Assembly (NCBI GenBank): GCA_963664325.2
Contig: CAXXDQ010000002.1
Span: 128,001-192,000 of the forward strand
Reading direction: 5' to 3'
DNA from: Desulfomonilia bacterium
GTDB lineage: Bacteria; Desulfobacterota; Desulfomonilia; UBA1062
Length of the DNA: 64,000 nucleotides
Shown: positions 21,365-36,560 of the stretch, piece by piece
Numbering within the stretch: position 1 is the first letter of the stretch
Layout: the number at the start of each line of letters is the position of its first letter
The notes under the pieces: model-generated
Database searches by the model: none
The model's input: only the letters and a program-made list of their open reading frames with translations
What the model was told of the DNA's origin: nothing
Position numbers and translations under genes: made by a program

Positions 21365-21650
21365 ACACTTGCAGAACTCGGTATCAATAAAGATATTTGG
21401 ACAAGAATATAAAGTAAAATCCAGGGGAGACGATGATTACGTTCAGTCATTGTCAAGATATATTGAAGAAATGGTCGATGATGTCCAGAATCAAGGTAAT
21501 GCCGTGACCACTTCGGATCTCATTGCCATGGTTATGCTTAACATGGCGGATGAGGTTAAAAAAACAAAGACTGAATTGGAATCTCTGAAGGAAATACTAA
21601 ACATCCGGGTTGGTCAGCTGATAGACCGGATGGAGAAGAAAGGCAAGTAA
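21348..21650 (+). CDS. zapA: Cell division protein ZapA
   Basis: IKIFGQEYKV...YVQSLSRYI...MLNMADE. Confidence 0.85.
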   Translation: MSKHFKHLQNSVSIKIFGQEYKVKSRGDDDYVQSLSRYIEEMVDDVQNQGNAVTTSDLIAMVMLNMADEVKKTKTELESLKEILNIRVGQLIDRMEKKGK

Positions 21651-21731
21651 TCTCCCCTGATTTACTTATAAAAATTTGTTTTCCGAGGTGTTCTTCAAGG
21701 CTGTCTCTTTTGTTTTGCCCATGCGAAATAT

Positions 21732-22280
21732 ATGAATGGAAAGGCTGGCATCAGGCAAAGCTTACTTGAAAAAAGGGCAGGAATGAGCGAGGCCATAAAG
21801 AGTGAGCTTTCAAATATAATTTGTAAAAATATTCTGGATTTTAATCTGTTCAAAACGGCAGTATGTGTTGCTCTGTATTTCCCGGTTCGCTCTGAAGTGG
21901 ATATTTTTCCATTAACGGTGGTGAAGGGTAAATATTTTGTTTTTCCAAAAGTAGTAGAAAGTGATCTTTTTTTCTCTCACGCTGAGTATCCCGATGGTTT
22001 TATAATCGGTGCTTTCGGCATTCCAGAGCCTGCCACTGAAAAATATATAGATTTCAACAAAATCGACCTGCTTCTTGTTCCCGGGATTGCATTTGATAGA
22101 AGTGGCTACAGGCTTGGATACGGCAAAGGCTTTTATGACAGATTAATCTCCAGACATGCCGGAATTATTTCGTTGGGGATATGTTATGATGATTTTCTGC
22201 TTAAAGGCCTTCAGGTGGAACCCTGGGATACCAGGGTTAATTATATGGTTACGGACCAAGGTGTTCTACATACACATTAA
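21732..22280 (+). CDS. ygfA: 5-formyltetrahydrofolate cyclo-ligase
   Basis: [28 protein letters not shown]. Confidence 0.93.
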   Translation: MNGKAGIRQSLLEKRAGMSEAIKSELSNIICKNILDFNLFKTAVCVALYFPVRSEVDIFPLTVVKGKYFVFPKVVESDLFFSHAEYPDGFIIGAFGIPEPATEKYIDFNKIDLLLVPGIAFDRSGYRLGYGKGFYDRLISRHAGIISLGICYDDFLLKGLQVEPWDTRVNYMVTDQGVLHTH

Positions 22281-22288
22281 GAGGTGAA

Positions 22289-23842
22289 ATGATGATGACG
22301 TTTTATATCGTACTGGCAGTTGTTGCCGGTGCTGCAGCAGGATTCGGGTTGCACTTCGCGGTGAGCAAAAAAGCTAATGCGAGTGCAGAGATTGATACTA
22401 AAAGGATAAAGGAAGAGGCTATAAAGGAAGCCGGAAGCATTATTACTGATGCAAATCTGCAGGCAAAAGAGATTATTTTTGATGCAAAAAAGAAAAGCGA
22501 AGATGAGGCAAAAGAAAGATTTAAAGAAGTATCTGCAGCAGAAAAGAGAATCCTGCAGCGTGAGGATTTGCTTGATGGCAAACTGAATCAGCTGGACAAG
22601 AGGGAACAGGAAGTCAAGCGTTCTGAAAAATCTCTGGGAGACAAAACAAAATATATAGATTCATTGAAAGCCGAGGTTGAAGACATAAGAAAAAAACAGA
22701 TCTCAAAACTTGAAGAAATAAGCTCTATGACAATTGATCAGGCGAAACAGGCATTGATGGAAATTCTTGAGAGTGAAGCACGGCATGAAGCCTCCAAGAT
22801 GATTAAACAGATTCAGGATGAGGCAGAGGCGGAAGCGGACAGGAAAGCCAAGGAGATACTCTCGACAGCGATTCAACGCTATTCTGCTGATGTCGTTAGC
22901 GAGAGGACCATATCGGTTGTAAATCTGCCCAGCGAGGAGATGAAAGGTCGTATAATCGGAAGGGAAGGGCGCAATATAAGATCAATTGAAGCAGTAACCG
23001 GGGTTGATCTGATAATTGATGATACCCCAGATGCCGTGATCATCTCAAGCTTTGACCCTATTAAACGTGAAATTGCGAGACAGGCTCTTGAGCGGCTTGT
23101 AGTCGATGGCAGGATACATCCTTCACGTATTGAGGAGGTTGTGGAAAAAGTTACCGTTGAAGTGAATGAGGGTGTCTGGGAATCCGGTCAGCAGGCAACT
23201 TTTGAGGTCGGTGTTCATGGCATAAACCCTGAATTGATAAAACTTGTCGGAAAGCTGAAATACAGAACAAGTTTTTCTCAAAATGTCTTTCAGCATTCGC
23301 TGGAAGTCGCACATTTATGCGGCATAATGGCAGCAGAGCTGGGCATTAACCAGAAAATAGCCAAGCGGGTCGGATTATTGCATGATATCGGGAAAGCGGT
23401 CGATCATGAAGTCGAGGGATCACACGCCATTATCGGGGCTGAGATTGCCAAACGATATGGCGAATCAAGCAAGGTTGTTGATGCAATAGCATCTCATCAT
23501 AACGAGGCACAGGTAAGTTCAGTTTATTGTTTCCTGGTACAGGCAGCAGACTCGCTGTCAGCAGCGCGTCCGGGTGCAAGAAGGGAAATGCTGGAAAATT
23601 ATGTGAAACGGCTGACAGACCTTGAAGAGATTGCCTCTTCATTCAAAGGGGTCGGTAAATCATTTGCAGTTCAGGCGGGCAGGGAACTCAGGGTAATGGT
23701 TGAAGCAGAAAGTGTCAGTGATGAAGATACGCAGATCCTGGCAAAAAATATTTCCAAATCAATAGAAGAAAAATTGAATTATCCGGGACAGATAAAAGTT
23801 GTAGTTATAAGGGAAAGCAGGGCCGTTGAATATGCAAAATAA
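22289..23842 (+). CDS. rny: Ribonuclease Y
   Basis: TM anchor, coiled coil, KH ([14 protein letters not shown]), HD (LLHDIGK). Confidence 0.97.
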   Translation: MMMTFYIVLAVVAGAAAGFGLHFAVSKKANASAEIDTKRIKEEAIKEAGSIITDANLQAKEIIFDAKKKSEDEAKERFKEVSAAEKRILQREDLLDGKLNQLDKREQEVKRSEKSLGDKTKYIDSLKAEVEDIRKKQISKLEEISSMTIDQAKQALMEILESEARHEASKMIKQIQDEAEAEADRKAKEILSTAIQRYSADVVSERTISVVNLPSEEMKGRIIGREGRNIRSIEAVTGVDLIIDDTPDAVIISSFDPIKREIARQALERLVVDGRIHPSRIEEVVEKVTVEVNEGVWESGQQATFEVGVHGINPELIKLVGKLKYRTSFSQNVFQHSLEVAHLCGIMAAELGINQKIAKRVGLLHDIGKAVDHEVEGSHAIIGAEIAKRYGESSKVVDAIASHHNEAQVSSVYCFLVQAADSLSAARPGARREMLENYVKRLTDLEEIASSFKGVGKSFAVQAGRELRVMVEAESVSDEDTQILAKNISKSIEEKLNYPGQIKVVVIRESRAVEYAK

Positions 23843-23848
23843 GAGCAG

Positions 23849-25048
23849 GTGATGGAAATGGATGCTGATAAACAGTTGAGGGAGATAAAGAGAGGAACGG
23901 TTGGAATAATATCTGAAGAAGAACTTGAAAAAAAACTCAGGAAGGGGAGACCCTTAAGAATTAAGGCTGGATTCGACCCTACTGCTCCAGACATCCATTT
24001 CGGCCATACGGTCGTTCTGAATAAAATGCGTCAGTTTCAGGAAATGGGACACGAGGTGATATTTCTTATAGGTGATTTTACAGGAATGATAGGTGATCCA
24101 AGCGGCAGAAACTCAACCAGAAAAGTATTGACACGAGAGGATGTCCTAGAGAATGCCGCAACATATAAAAAACAGTTTTTCAAAGTCCTTGATCCTGACA
24201 AAACGGAAGTGAGATTTAATTCGGAATGGATGGACGGTATGACTGTTGCAGATTTTATCAAACTTACTTCACATCAGACAGTGGCGCGTATGCTCGAACG
24301 TGATGATTTCAGCAAACGCTTCAAGGGCGAGCAGCCGATAAGTATTCATGAGTTCCTTTATCCGTTCGTTCAGGGTTATGATTCGGTGGCTTTAAATGCG
24401 GATATTGAACTTGGCGGGACCGACCAGATATTCAATCTCCTGATGGGCCGGGAAATTCAGAGGGTGTATGGTCAGGAGCAGCAGGTGGTAATAACAATGC
24501 CTTTGCTTGTAGGTCTAGACGGTGTGCAAAAGATGAGCAAATCATATAACAATTATATCGGAATTAATGATGAACCATCTGAAATGTATGGTAAGGCAAT
24601 GTCAATTTCGGATGATCTGATGTGGCTGTATTATGAACTCATTAGCATGCGCACGCTTGATGAAATATCAGATATGAAACTGGATGTTGCCTCAGGGAAG
24701 CTGCATCCGATGGATGCCAAGAAAGCTCTGGCCCATGAGCTGGTTGAAAGGTACCATAACCGGCTGTCCGCAGATAATTCAGCTGAGATATTCATGACGG
24801 TACACAGTAAGAAAGAAATCCCCGATGATATTCCTGAATATTCTTTATCTAAAGAAAGGGCCTGGATATGCTCGGTTATGAAAGAAACAGGTCTGGTGAA
24901 CAGCACGTCTGAAGCCAGGAGACTTATAAAACAGGGTGCAGTAAAGGTAAATGAGGATAAACTTTCAGACGATAATCTCAGTCTTGCTGAAGGAACTCAT
25001 GTTATTCAGGCAGGAAAGAGGCGTTTTGCAAAAGTTATCATCGGATAG
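23849..25048 (+). CDS. tyrS: Tyrosine--tRNA ligase
   Basis: [24 protein letters not shown]-terminal S4-like domain. Confidence 0.97.
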   Translation: MMEMDADKQLREIKRGTVGIISEEELEKKLRKGRPLRIKAGFDPTAPDIHFGHTVVLNKMRQFQEMGHEVIFLIGDFTGMIGDPSGRNSTRKVLTREDVLENAATYKKQFFKVLDPDKTEVRFNSEWMDGMTVADFIKLTSHQTVARMLERDDFSKRFKGEQPISIHEFLYPFVQGYDSVALNADIELGGTDQIFNLLMGREIQRVYGQEQQVVITMPLLVGLDGVQKMSKSYNNYIGINDEPSEMYGKAMSISDDLMWLYYELISMRTLDEISDMKLDVASGKLHPMDAKKALAHELVERYHNRLSADNSAEIFMTVHSKKEIPDDIPEYSLSKERAWICSVMKETGLVNSTSEARRLIKQGAVKVNEDKLSDDNLSLAEGTHVIQAGKRRFAKVIIG

Positions 25049-25066
25049 TAGAGTTAACTCGTTGAA

Positions 25067-25335
25067 TTGACAAGATAATAATAATTTTAAAAAAAGATAA
25101 AAAACTCCTTGACACTATAGAGGCTTTGACATAGATAAGACGAGCTTTTTGCGGAACGCAGTGAGAAAAAAATAATAGAAATAAAGTTCTTGACACTGCC
25201 TGAAATATTTAATAGTCAACGTGACCCTGTAAAGAAAAATGTCAATGTGCCGATGAAGATAAAGGCTTGACAATGACAGAGTCAGATACTATTGAGTAAA
25301 CTGGATTTTTGCCGCTTTTGATCTTTGAAAACTGA
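25067..25335 (+). promoter_or_regulatory. rRNA operon promoter/leader region with boxA-like element
   Basis: Several TTGACA hexamers (25067, 25109, 25190, 25267) in AT-rich DNA; gatctttgaaaactg near 25320 is complementary to sequence after the 16S. Confidence 0.55.
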
Positions 25336-25366
25336 ATAGTGGAAAGTACGATTTGCTTTGCGGATT

Positions 25367-26932
<1,566 letters not shown>

Positions 26933-27054
26933 TGTAAACCGAAAAAAGTTTCAAATAATAAAATAATAAAAAGCAAATCGTCCACTGTTCAGTTTTCAAA
27001 GATTAAACATGCTCTTTGAAAATTAAATATTGAGAAATCTGATGAAGGCTGTTC

Positions 27055-27131
<77 letters not shown>

Positions 27132-27140
27132 CGAAGATAT

Positions 27141-27216
27141 GGGGGTGTAGCTCAGTTGGGAGAGCGCCTGCCTTGCACGCAGGAGGTCATCGGTTCGAAC
27201 CCGTTCACCTCCACCA
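27141..27216 (+). tRNA. tRNA-Ala(TGC)
   Basis: gggggtg/cacctcc stem with G3-U70, ttGCac loop, CCA. Confidence 0.97.
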
Positions 27217-27304
27217 GTTTTATATCATGGTGGAATCAATCAGATTTCAAAATGAGTTCTTTAAAAACTTAATAGTGCGTTATACGGAAGGGAGTAATTT
27301 CATT

Positions 27305-30307
<3,003 letters not shown>

Positions 30308-30376
30308 ATCAAATACTCCCTTCCGAGCTTTACCTTTTTATATAACTCGGACTTATACGAAGATTTTACAAAGCGT

Positions 30377-30494
30377 TCCCGGTGACCATGGCATAGGGGA
30401 AACACCCGATCCCATCCCGAACTCGGCAGTTAAGCCCTATAGCGCCGAACGTACTGCATGGGTAACTGTGTGGGAGAATAGGACGTTGCCGGGA
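30377..30494 (+). rRNA. rrf: 5S rRNA
   Basis: cacccgatcccatcccgaactcg core; tcccggtgac/gttgccggga terminal stem. Confidence 0.96.
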
Positions 30495-30503
30495 TCATTA
30501 TTC

Positions 30504-30540
30504 AAGAGCCCTGAATTCTTTCGAATTCAGGGCTCTTTCA
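30504..30540 (+). terminator. rRNA operon terminator
   Basis: aagagccctgaattc-tttc-gaattcagggctctt, 15-bp stem. Confidence 0.85.
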
Positions 30541-30544
30541 TTTA

Positions 30545-30672
30545 TATTCCAATTTCTATTCAAGCGCTGTCATTGTCGGCTGCGTCGGAATGCTCCTCGG
30601 AGTACGTAACTGAGTACACCTGCGTCGCTTCCTCCTCGCCTCCTCGACATCATCTTGAATATAAATTGGAAC
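30545..30672. repeat. ERIC/MITE-like element, related subfamily (different termini, similar core)
   Basis: ttccaatttctattcaag...cttgaatataaattggaa inverted ends; core ggagtacg...gtacacc matches the core of the 43652 copy. Confidence 0.65.
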
Positions 30673-30762
30673 AAACACAAGTCATGTTATCATAAACGTC
30701 ACGGTTGGATATTGAACTGCTTAACAGCTTATTGGCTCAACAGCTTATCAACTGGTTTACTT

Positions 30763-30816
30763 GCCTCGCATTTCCACTGCGTCACTCCTAGGTCTACATC
30801 GTTCTGACGCCCTGAA
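30763..30816 (-). repeat. ERIC/MITE-like repeat, half copy
   Basis: Reverse complement cagggcgtcagaacgatgtagacctaggagtgacgcagtggaaatgcgagg matches the left half of the 43652 copy. Confidence 0.7.
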
Positions 30817-31013
30817 CTGTAGCCTCATTTCTTTTTTATTTCCTTTTGACCTTGGCGACATAATCTTAAATGCAAACCGGAATTAGAGGATTGATTTCTA
30901 AATTTCGACCAAGAAGTGTCTTAATTATGGATTACCAATAAATCCCTTGATTATACTATTTTTAAGATTATTATATCATTTGCTGTTTTGATAATCTTAA
31001 AAGGGAGGTTGTT

Positions 31014-31664
31014 ATGAAGGTGTTTTATTGTCTATTTATTTTTATTGGGTTTTTCATCTCGGCTTGTGCAATTCAGATACCCACAAACATCAGATTAAAT
31101 GATACACTTATGCTCGATACCGAATCCAACGTTAAAGATCAGGTCAACATTGAATTTATCTCGAATATCCAAGACGGCATATTTCCGCAATGCAAGCAGA
31201 ATACCAAAGAACCGGATGGCAATTATCAGGGTTTAATGATTGAAGAAAAAACCGCATTTGAAAAAATGTTAAATGAATATCTAGGAATGAAATTTTCAAA
31301 TGTTGATAACAATTCAAATACAAAGATAACAATTCAATTAAAGGATTTCTGGGTTAATGGGTATTCAACCGATAGTGCTGCAAAACAAACATTAGTGGTT
31401 TTAGGCGGAGGGGAATTAAACTATGTCTTTATCGCCAACCTGGAAGTGTATGTTAAGATAATTAAAGACAACAAAACCATAGAAAAGACGATTAAAGCTA
31501 CCGGGGAAAACCTAAGTGTCACTGGTATTGGAACAGGAACTGAGACGAGCTATATTTATAAGGGAAAACGTGGGGGTAACTATACCAACTCAGATGCAAT
31601 CAATATAGCAAACAATAAAGCAATTATGATGATTAATAAATTTATTGAGGCTAATCAGTTGTGA
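31014..31664 (+). CDS. AT-rich hypothetical lipoprotein
   Basis: GGAGG RBS, hydrophobic leader with ISAC lipobox. Confidence 0.75.
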   Translation: MKVFYCLFIFIGFFISACAIQIPTNIRLNDTLMLDTESNVKDQVNIEFISNIQDGIFPQCKQNTKEPDGNYQGLMIEEKTAFEKMLNEYLGMKFSNVDNNSNTKITIQLKDFWVNGYSTDSAAKQTLVVLGGGELNYVFIANLEVYVKIIKDNKTIEKTIKATGENLSVTGIGTGTETSYIYKGKRGGNYTNSDAINIANNKAIMMINKFIEANQL

Positions 31665-32027
31665 TTAAAAGAAACATGGAGGGACCTTCTTCGATAATTT
31701 AACTAATTTCAAACAGAACCCAAAGAGAATTCGAAAACATAAGGTGTCAGGCCTTTAAGCTTGACAAGTTAAGAATCCCAAAGGTATCATTCCTTGATCC
31801 TTGACAAAGATGATACAAGCAGCCATCAGGCTAAGAAAAGTAGGCTTCAAGACCGGCAGAGGGGGCAGTCCTCAACAATTGACAGGAAATATGAAAAGTT
31901 GAGAATTAATTCCTTGGTACCGTCTTGTATACTTTCTGTTTGCAGTCACCGGAGATTTCGCATTAAGGATGGCGGCGTGCGGTTGACATGAGCCGATATG
32001 TATATTCAATTCTGTACAAAGGAAAAG

Positions 32028-32231
32028 TCAACTAGGACTGATTACGTCACAAGGTGTAGCGCAATCTGCTATACGCAGACAGTTACCATCAAAATCATCT
32101 GAAGTAACCGGTCCGGACAAGTCATGCTTGCATAATGTCAGGACCGTCTCCTCAGGTTTTTTACGGACTAGAACCATTAGCACAGGTTTTCTCCAAACAG
32201 GTTTGACTATATTGTTATCAACAATCTTCAT
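32028..32231 (-). CDS. Putative RiPP precursor peptide (67 aa)
   Basis: Strong RBS ggaggaaaggta-ATG; WRKPVL leader motif, LVRKKPEETVLTLCK, four Cys in the C-terminal half. Confidence 0.65.
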   Translation of the reverse strand: MKIVDNNIVKPVWRKPVLMVLVRKKPEETVLTLCKHDLSGPVTSDDFDGNCLRIADCATPCDVISPS

Positions 32232-32528
32232 TACCTTTCCTCCATATGTATGTGGAGTTTATTGTCTAAATTTGTGCTTAAACAAAGCAGGTAATGAATA
32301 TACAATATAATGCTTCCACAGTTATATCAACTTAAATAAGGCAAAGGTTTTGTCTTTTAGTTCTGTAAAAATTAGTCAATCCAAGGGCAACTTAAAGACC
32401 TGATGAGGACGCTGATGACTAATTATCCAACTGCTTATCGGAATAGCACCCTAACTTAGCATTCCAAACTTAAGCAAGACTGAGCAGGGGCATGCCATGC
32501 CAAACAGGCCTGGCGTGCCCCTGACGCA

Positions 32529-34154
32529 CTATTCTAAACGGTTGGCCCAGATGTTGTTGCGCGTGCCGTCCGATTGCCACCACACCGCCAGTGCGTTTCC
32601 GTCGGCATCGCAGGCTATCTGGGGTTTAAAGGCACCCCCGGCGTTGTTCGTTTCGATCAGTTCGGCCGTACCCCAGCCGGTGCCCGCCGTGTAGCGGTTG
32701 GCCCAGATGTTGTAACGCGTACCGTCCAATTGTTCCCATACCGTCAGCGCGTTCCCGGTCGCATCAAAGGCTAACTGGGGATAACTGGCATTACCGGTAT
32801 TGTCTGTCTCGATCAGTTCAGCCGTGCCCCATCCAGCACCCGCCTTGTAGCGGTTAGCCCAGATGTTAATGCGCGTACTGTCCGATTGTTGCCACACCGC
32901 CAGGGCGTTACCTGCGGCATCAAAGGCTATCTGGGGAGACAATGCATCCCCGGTGTTGTCAGTCTCGATAAGCTCAGCCGTGCCCCAGCCAGAGCCCGCT
33001 GTATAGCGGTTGGCCCAGATGTTGTAGCGTGTACCGTCCGATTGATACCACACCACCAGCGCGTTCCCAGTGGCATCAAAGGCTATCTGGGGAGACCATG
33101 CCTCCCCGGTGTTGTCCGTCTCGATAAGCGTCGCCATGCCCCAGCCGGCATCCGCCGTGTAACGGTTGGCCCAGATGTTGTAGCGGGTACCGTCCGATTG
33201 CTGCCACACCGCCAGTGCGTTTCCGTCGGCATCGCAGGCTATCTGGGGATAATATGCATTCCCGGCGTTGTCCGTTTCAATCAGCTCGGCCGTACCCCAG
33301 CCAGAGCCCGCCGTATAGCGGTTGGCCCAGATGTTGAAGCGAGTACCGTCCGATTGATGCCACACCGCCAGCGCGTTACCGGCGGCATCAAAGACTATCT
33401 GGGGAAAATAGGCACTGCCGGCGTTGTCAGTCTCGATCAGCTCGGCCGTGCCCCAGCCAGAGCCCGCCGTATAGCGGTTGGCCCAGATGCTGGAGCGGGT
33501 ACCATCAGTTTGATCCCACACCGCGAGCGCGTTTCCAGCAGCATCAAAGGCTATCTGGGGATCATAGGCGCTTCCGGCGTTGTTAGTCTCGATAAGCGCC
33601 GCCGTTCCCCAGCCAACACCCGCGGTGTAGCGGTTGGCCCAGATATTGAGGAGGGTACCATCCGATTGATACCACACCGCCAGCGCGTTACCGGCGGCAT
33701 CAAAGGCGATCTGGGGATAATAGGCATTCCCGGCGTTGTCAGTTTCGATCAGCGCCGCCGTGCCCCAGGTGCCATCGCAGGTGGTGAAGTCGAAGCTGTA
33801 ATCCGCAGCCATGGCGAACCCGAGGAAGTTCTTGATGCCCTTGGTGAGCGTGACGGTATATCCACGCAACATTACGAGATCGGACTCCGGGGTGAAGGTG
33901 GCCACCTTGTTGGCATAGGTCACGGTGCCTGTTACGGGATTGCCCAGGCTGTCCTCCACAAGGAACGTCCCCGCGTTGACGCTTTTGGGCTGGGCTGGCA
34001 GGTCGAAAGTCACCTGGATTACCGCATTCCGCGCCACTCCAGTGGACCCATCGGCAGGGTTCGTCAGCGTCACCTTGATGCACCCGGAACAGAACAGGAC
34101 AGCTACTAATAATCCGGCACACAAACCTATGATCCGTTTTCTACCATACCACAT
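32529..34154 (-). CDS. Lipoprotein with Ig-like (Big_5-type) domain and eight 52-aa tandem repeats, probable beta-propeller
   Basis: FCSGC lipobox; PADGSTGV...ATFTP...YSFDFTT; 156-bp periodicity (gcccagatg at 32701 and 33481 = 5 x 156). Confidence 0.85.
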   Translation of the reverse strand: MWYGRKRIIGLCAGLLVAVLFCSGCIKVTLTNPADGSTGVARNAVIQVTFDLPAQPKSVNAGTFLVEDSLGNPVTGTVTYANKVATFTPESDLVMLRGYTVTLTKGIKNFLGFAMAADYSFDFTTCDGTWGTAALIETDNAGNAYYPQIAFDAAGNALAVWYQSDGTLLNIWANRYTAGVGWGTAALIETNNAGSAYDPQIAFDAAGNALAVWDQTDGTRSSIWANRYTAGSGWGTAELIETDNAGSAYFPQIVFDAAGNALAVWHQSDGTRFNIWANRYTAGSGWGTAELIETDNAGNAYYPQIACDADGNALAVWQQSDGTRYNIWANRYTADAGWGMATLIETDNTGEAWSPQIAFDATGNALVVWYQSDGTRYNIWANRYTAGSGWGTAELIETDNTGDALSPQIAFDAAGNALAVWQQSDSTRINIWANRYKAGAGWGTAELIETDNTGNASYPQLAFDATGNALTVWEQLDGTRYNIWANRYTAGTGWGTAELIETNNAGGAFKPQIACDADGNALAVWWQSDGTRNNIWANRLE

Positions 34155-34468
34155 TCAATACCTCCTCATATTTTTTTCATAGCCCATCTTTCTTACGTTT
34201 TGATGGACAGCAATCGCTTCTTATCTGCTCATTCATGTCCGTCCGGTTCATAGACTGCTTACGGATCCAGTTTATTTACTCTTCAGCGCTGAACAATCGC
34301 TCAGTATGCCTATGACCAGAAACATGATAAAGACAGGAAACTTTCTTTTTATGATATCCTACTCCAATAAAAAATCAAATCCCCTTCTTTCTGTAAATCA
34401 GTACCCAAAGGTGCCAGGCAGTAAAGACCTGATACCCAGAGGACTTTGACGGTGAACCGCTTGAGAAA

Positions 34469-36199
34469 TTACATATATTTGACGATGGGGTTTCCGATAA
34501 TGGGCTCGACATCCATCATGAGAAGCTGAATTTTTCTATATGGCTTACTTATGCCGCGCTCAGCCGAACAGGAGATTTCCCTGTCTTTCTGATCGAGCGC
34601 CTGGCGGTAAATCTGCACCGCCTTTTCGCGCAGGCCCAGAAGATCATTGCAGCGCGCAAGCCAGAGCAGAGATTCCGCCTTCATCCTGGAATCACGGTAA
34701 GGATAACCGGCATTTTTCTTCAGATGAGGAAGCGCATCATCGAACCGGTGCATCTTCAAAAGAAACAAACCCGCCACACGGTCGAATATCGGTTCGTCAG
34801 GCAGTATTTCAGAGGCCCTCCGCAGGTGGAAAACCGCCCGCGAATCGTCGAAACGGTCCAGATGTTCCGTCCATGCCTGTTCATAGTGTTCAAGAGCCTG
34901 GGACTCCTGTTCCGATAATTGCGCACGTCCGCCCGTGAGGTCGCCTGCGTCAGCCGCATTAGCGCCGCCTTCAAACAGCGCGCTCAATTTAAGTCCTATA
35001 TACTTTTCAGAGAAGCACACGGGGAACGATCCGTTTCCTATATAAATCGAGTCATCGCCGGGAGACAGAACTATCGACATGGCGTTGTTCGTGGCAGCTA
35101 CGATATCGCCTGCGACGCGTTTCCTGCCTTCGCGCGGGTCGGTGAAATCGCTTAATATCGATACGGCATCGTCAAGGGTCAGTTTCCCGTATTTCTCCCT
35201 GATGAGTTCGTTTATTCTCATAAATCTGGCCGTGCTGTGGCGCCACCACGCGGTAGGGGCGACCTCCAGCTTCTTCATTTCCGCTGAGATATGGTGGTTC
35301 GTCCTCACGAGAAAATCGTTTTCCGGCCGGATGATTTCCGCATGATGCGCGGTAAAGCCGAAAACCGCGGCATCGCAGGCGCGCGTATCGCATATCATAA
35401 AAGACAGCCCGCCGATTCTCTTTCCGGTCTCCATTATCCTGATCGCATCTTTGAGGTTTGTCGCATTCGAAAGAATTTCTCCGGCAAGAGTGAAAAGCGG
35501 CCTTCCGCTTATGGCCACATCCTTCATGAAATTCGTGAACGGCATTATGCATATCCCGGCCTCATTCATGGCGAATCCGCCGACAGGGATGCCTGCCGCG
35601 CCGATCCAGAAAAACGCCTGCCTGCCGTCAGGGTGAAACACCTTCACGCATTGATATGTATCCCACAGGCCGCGACCGTAGAAATCGAAGTTGCGGCCTA
35701 GTATCTGCTTGCCGTCCTTTGTCGCTGCTCCGCGTGCGAAAAATGTAGAACATCCCAGCGCCGGCATCGCCATCGGGGTCATCGACCTGCCTGCAAGAAA
35801 GTGCAGTATGTCGGCAAACAGTATCACACCCTGGCCGGATTTTTCCGGCAGACCGAGCGCATCGGTGAAACCTTTCTGTATCTGTTTCAAAGGCTCGCCG
35901 ATATTATTCAGATTCGCTTTATGGAAAATGTAATAAAGGAGCTTTGCGATCGCAGGAGGCAGGCCGCGGGAAATTTCCGAAACCGCGCTGTGCGCCACAA
36001 GCGCTTCTATAAGGTTGCCATAATATTGCATCACATAATCATCAAGCATGCCGCGCACCAGCTCACAGTGCTGCCGCCCCATTTCCTCATATGTGCCTTT
36101 AAGGTGCATGACGAGCATTCCTTTTTCAGCGTTCAGGGATGCTTCCCCGCTTTTTCGCGGAAGAGGAAAAGGTGCTCTGCCGTATATCTGTTCTGCCAT
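34469..36199 (-). CDS. C45-family Ntn-hydrolase / acyltransferase with C-terminal TPR-like helices
   Basis: LKGTYEEMGRQH, G|CSTF autoproteolysis site, GRNFDF, MNEAGI, RTNH. Confidence 0.85.
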   Translation of the reverse strand: MAEQIYGRAPFPLPRKSGEASLNAEKGMLVMHLKGTYEEMGRQHCELVRGMLDDYVMQYYGNLIEALVAHSAVSEISRGLPPAIAKLLYYIFHKANLNNIGEPLKQIQKGFTDALGLPEKSGQGVILFADILHFLAGRSMTPMAMPALGCSTFFARGAATKDGKQILGRNFDFYGRGLWDTYQCVKVFHPDGRQAFFWIGAAGIPVGGFAMNEAGICIMPFTNFMKDVAISGRPLFTLAGEILSNATNLKDAIRIMETGKRIGGLSFMICDTRACDAAVFGFTAHHAEIIRPENDFLVRTNHHISAEMKKLEVAPTAWWRHSTARFMRINELIREKYGKLTLDDAVSILSDFTDPREGRKRVAGDIVAATNNAMSIVLSPGDDSIYIGNGSFPVCFSEKYIGLKLSALFEGGANAADAGDLTGGRAQLSEQESQALEHYEQAWTEHLDRFDDSRAVFHLRRASEILPDEPIFDRVAGLFLLKMHRFDDALPHLKKNAGYPYRDSRMKAESLLWLARCNDLLGLREKAVQIYRQALDQKDREISCSAERGISKPYRKIQLLMMDVEPIIGNPIVKYM

Positions 36200-36560
36200 T
36201 TTGTATCTCTCCTTTTAAAACTGGTGGTACAAAGTGAAACTGTTCCCGCGTCCATAAACAGGATTCTGAATATAATGTGTCGAATGAAATGATGCAAGGT
36301 CTATTGGTTGGAATATGGGGAAGCTGATAACTGATTTGCCCATTGCTGTTTTAAGAAAAATTGTTTTTTTGTTCCCGATCTCGGGCTTGGGAGTCGGATC
36401 GTCCTGCTGATGATTCAGCCTCTTCCCTGTCAACTGACGGTATCCGTCATCTTCCGCTGAAGGTCGTTGTTTTGCATTGAGCGTTTTCCTTGGGGGATTT
36501 GCTGCTGTTGACACTTGGGATCTTATTCAATATTTATTTCTGACATATGCGGTGGACAGT

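Noticed and set aside
32529-33770. CRISPR array or DGR target interpretation of the tandem repeats
   Set aside because: Repeats are in-frame coding units with no unique spacers; variation is not adenine-restricted and no reverse transcriptase or cas gene is present
32886-34109. 407-aa plus-strand repetitive ORF
   Set aside because: Antisense shadow of the 156-bp repeat gene; the minus-strand product has a signal peptide and Ig-like domain
36200-36560. Cobalamin riboswitch upstream of the EutBC fusion
   Set aside because: No recognisable B12-box or conserved core motifs found by eye
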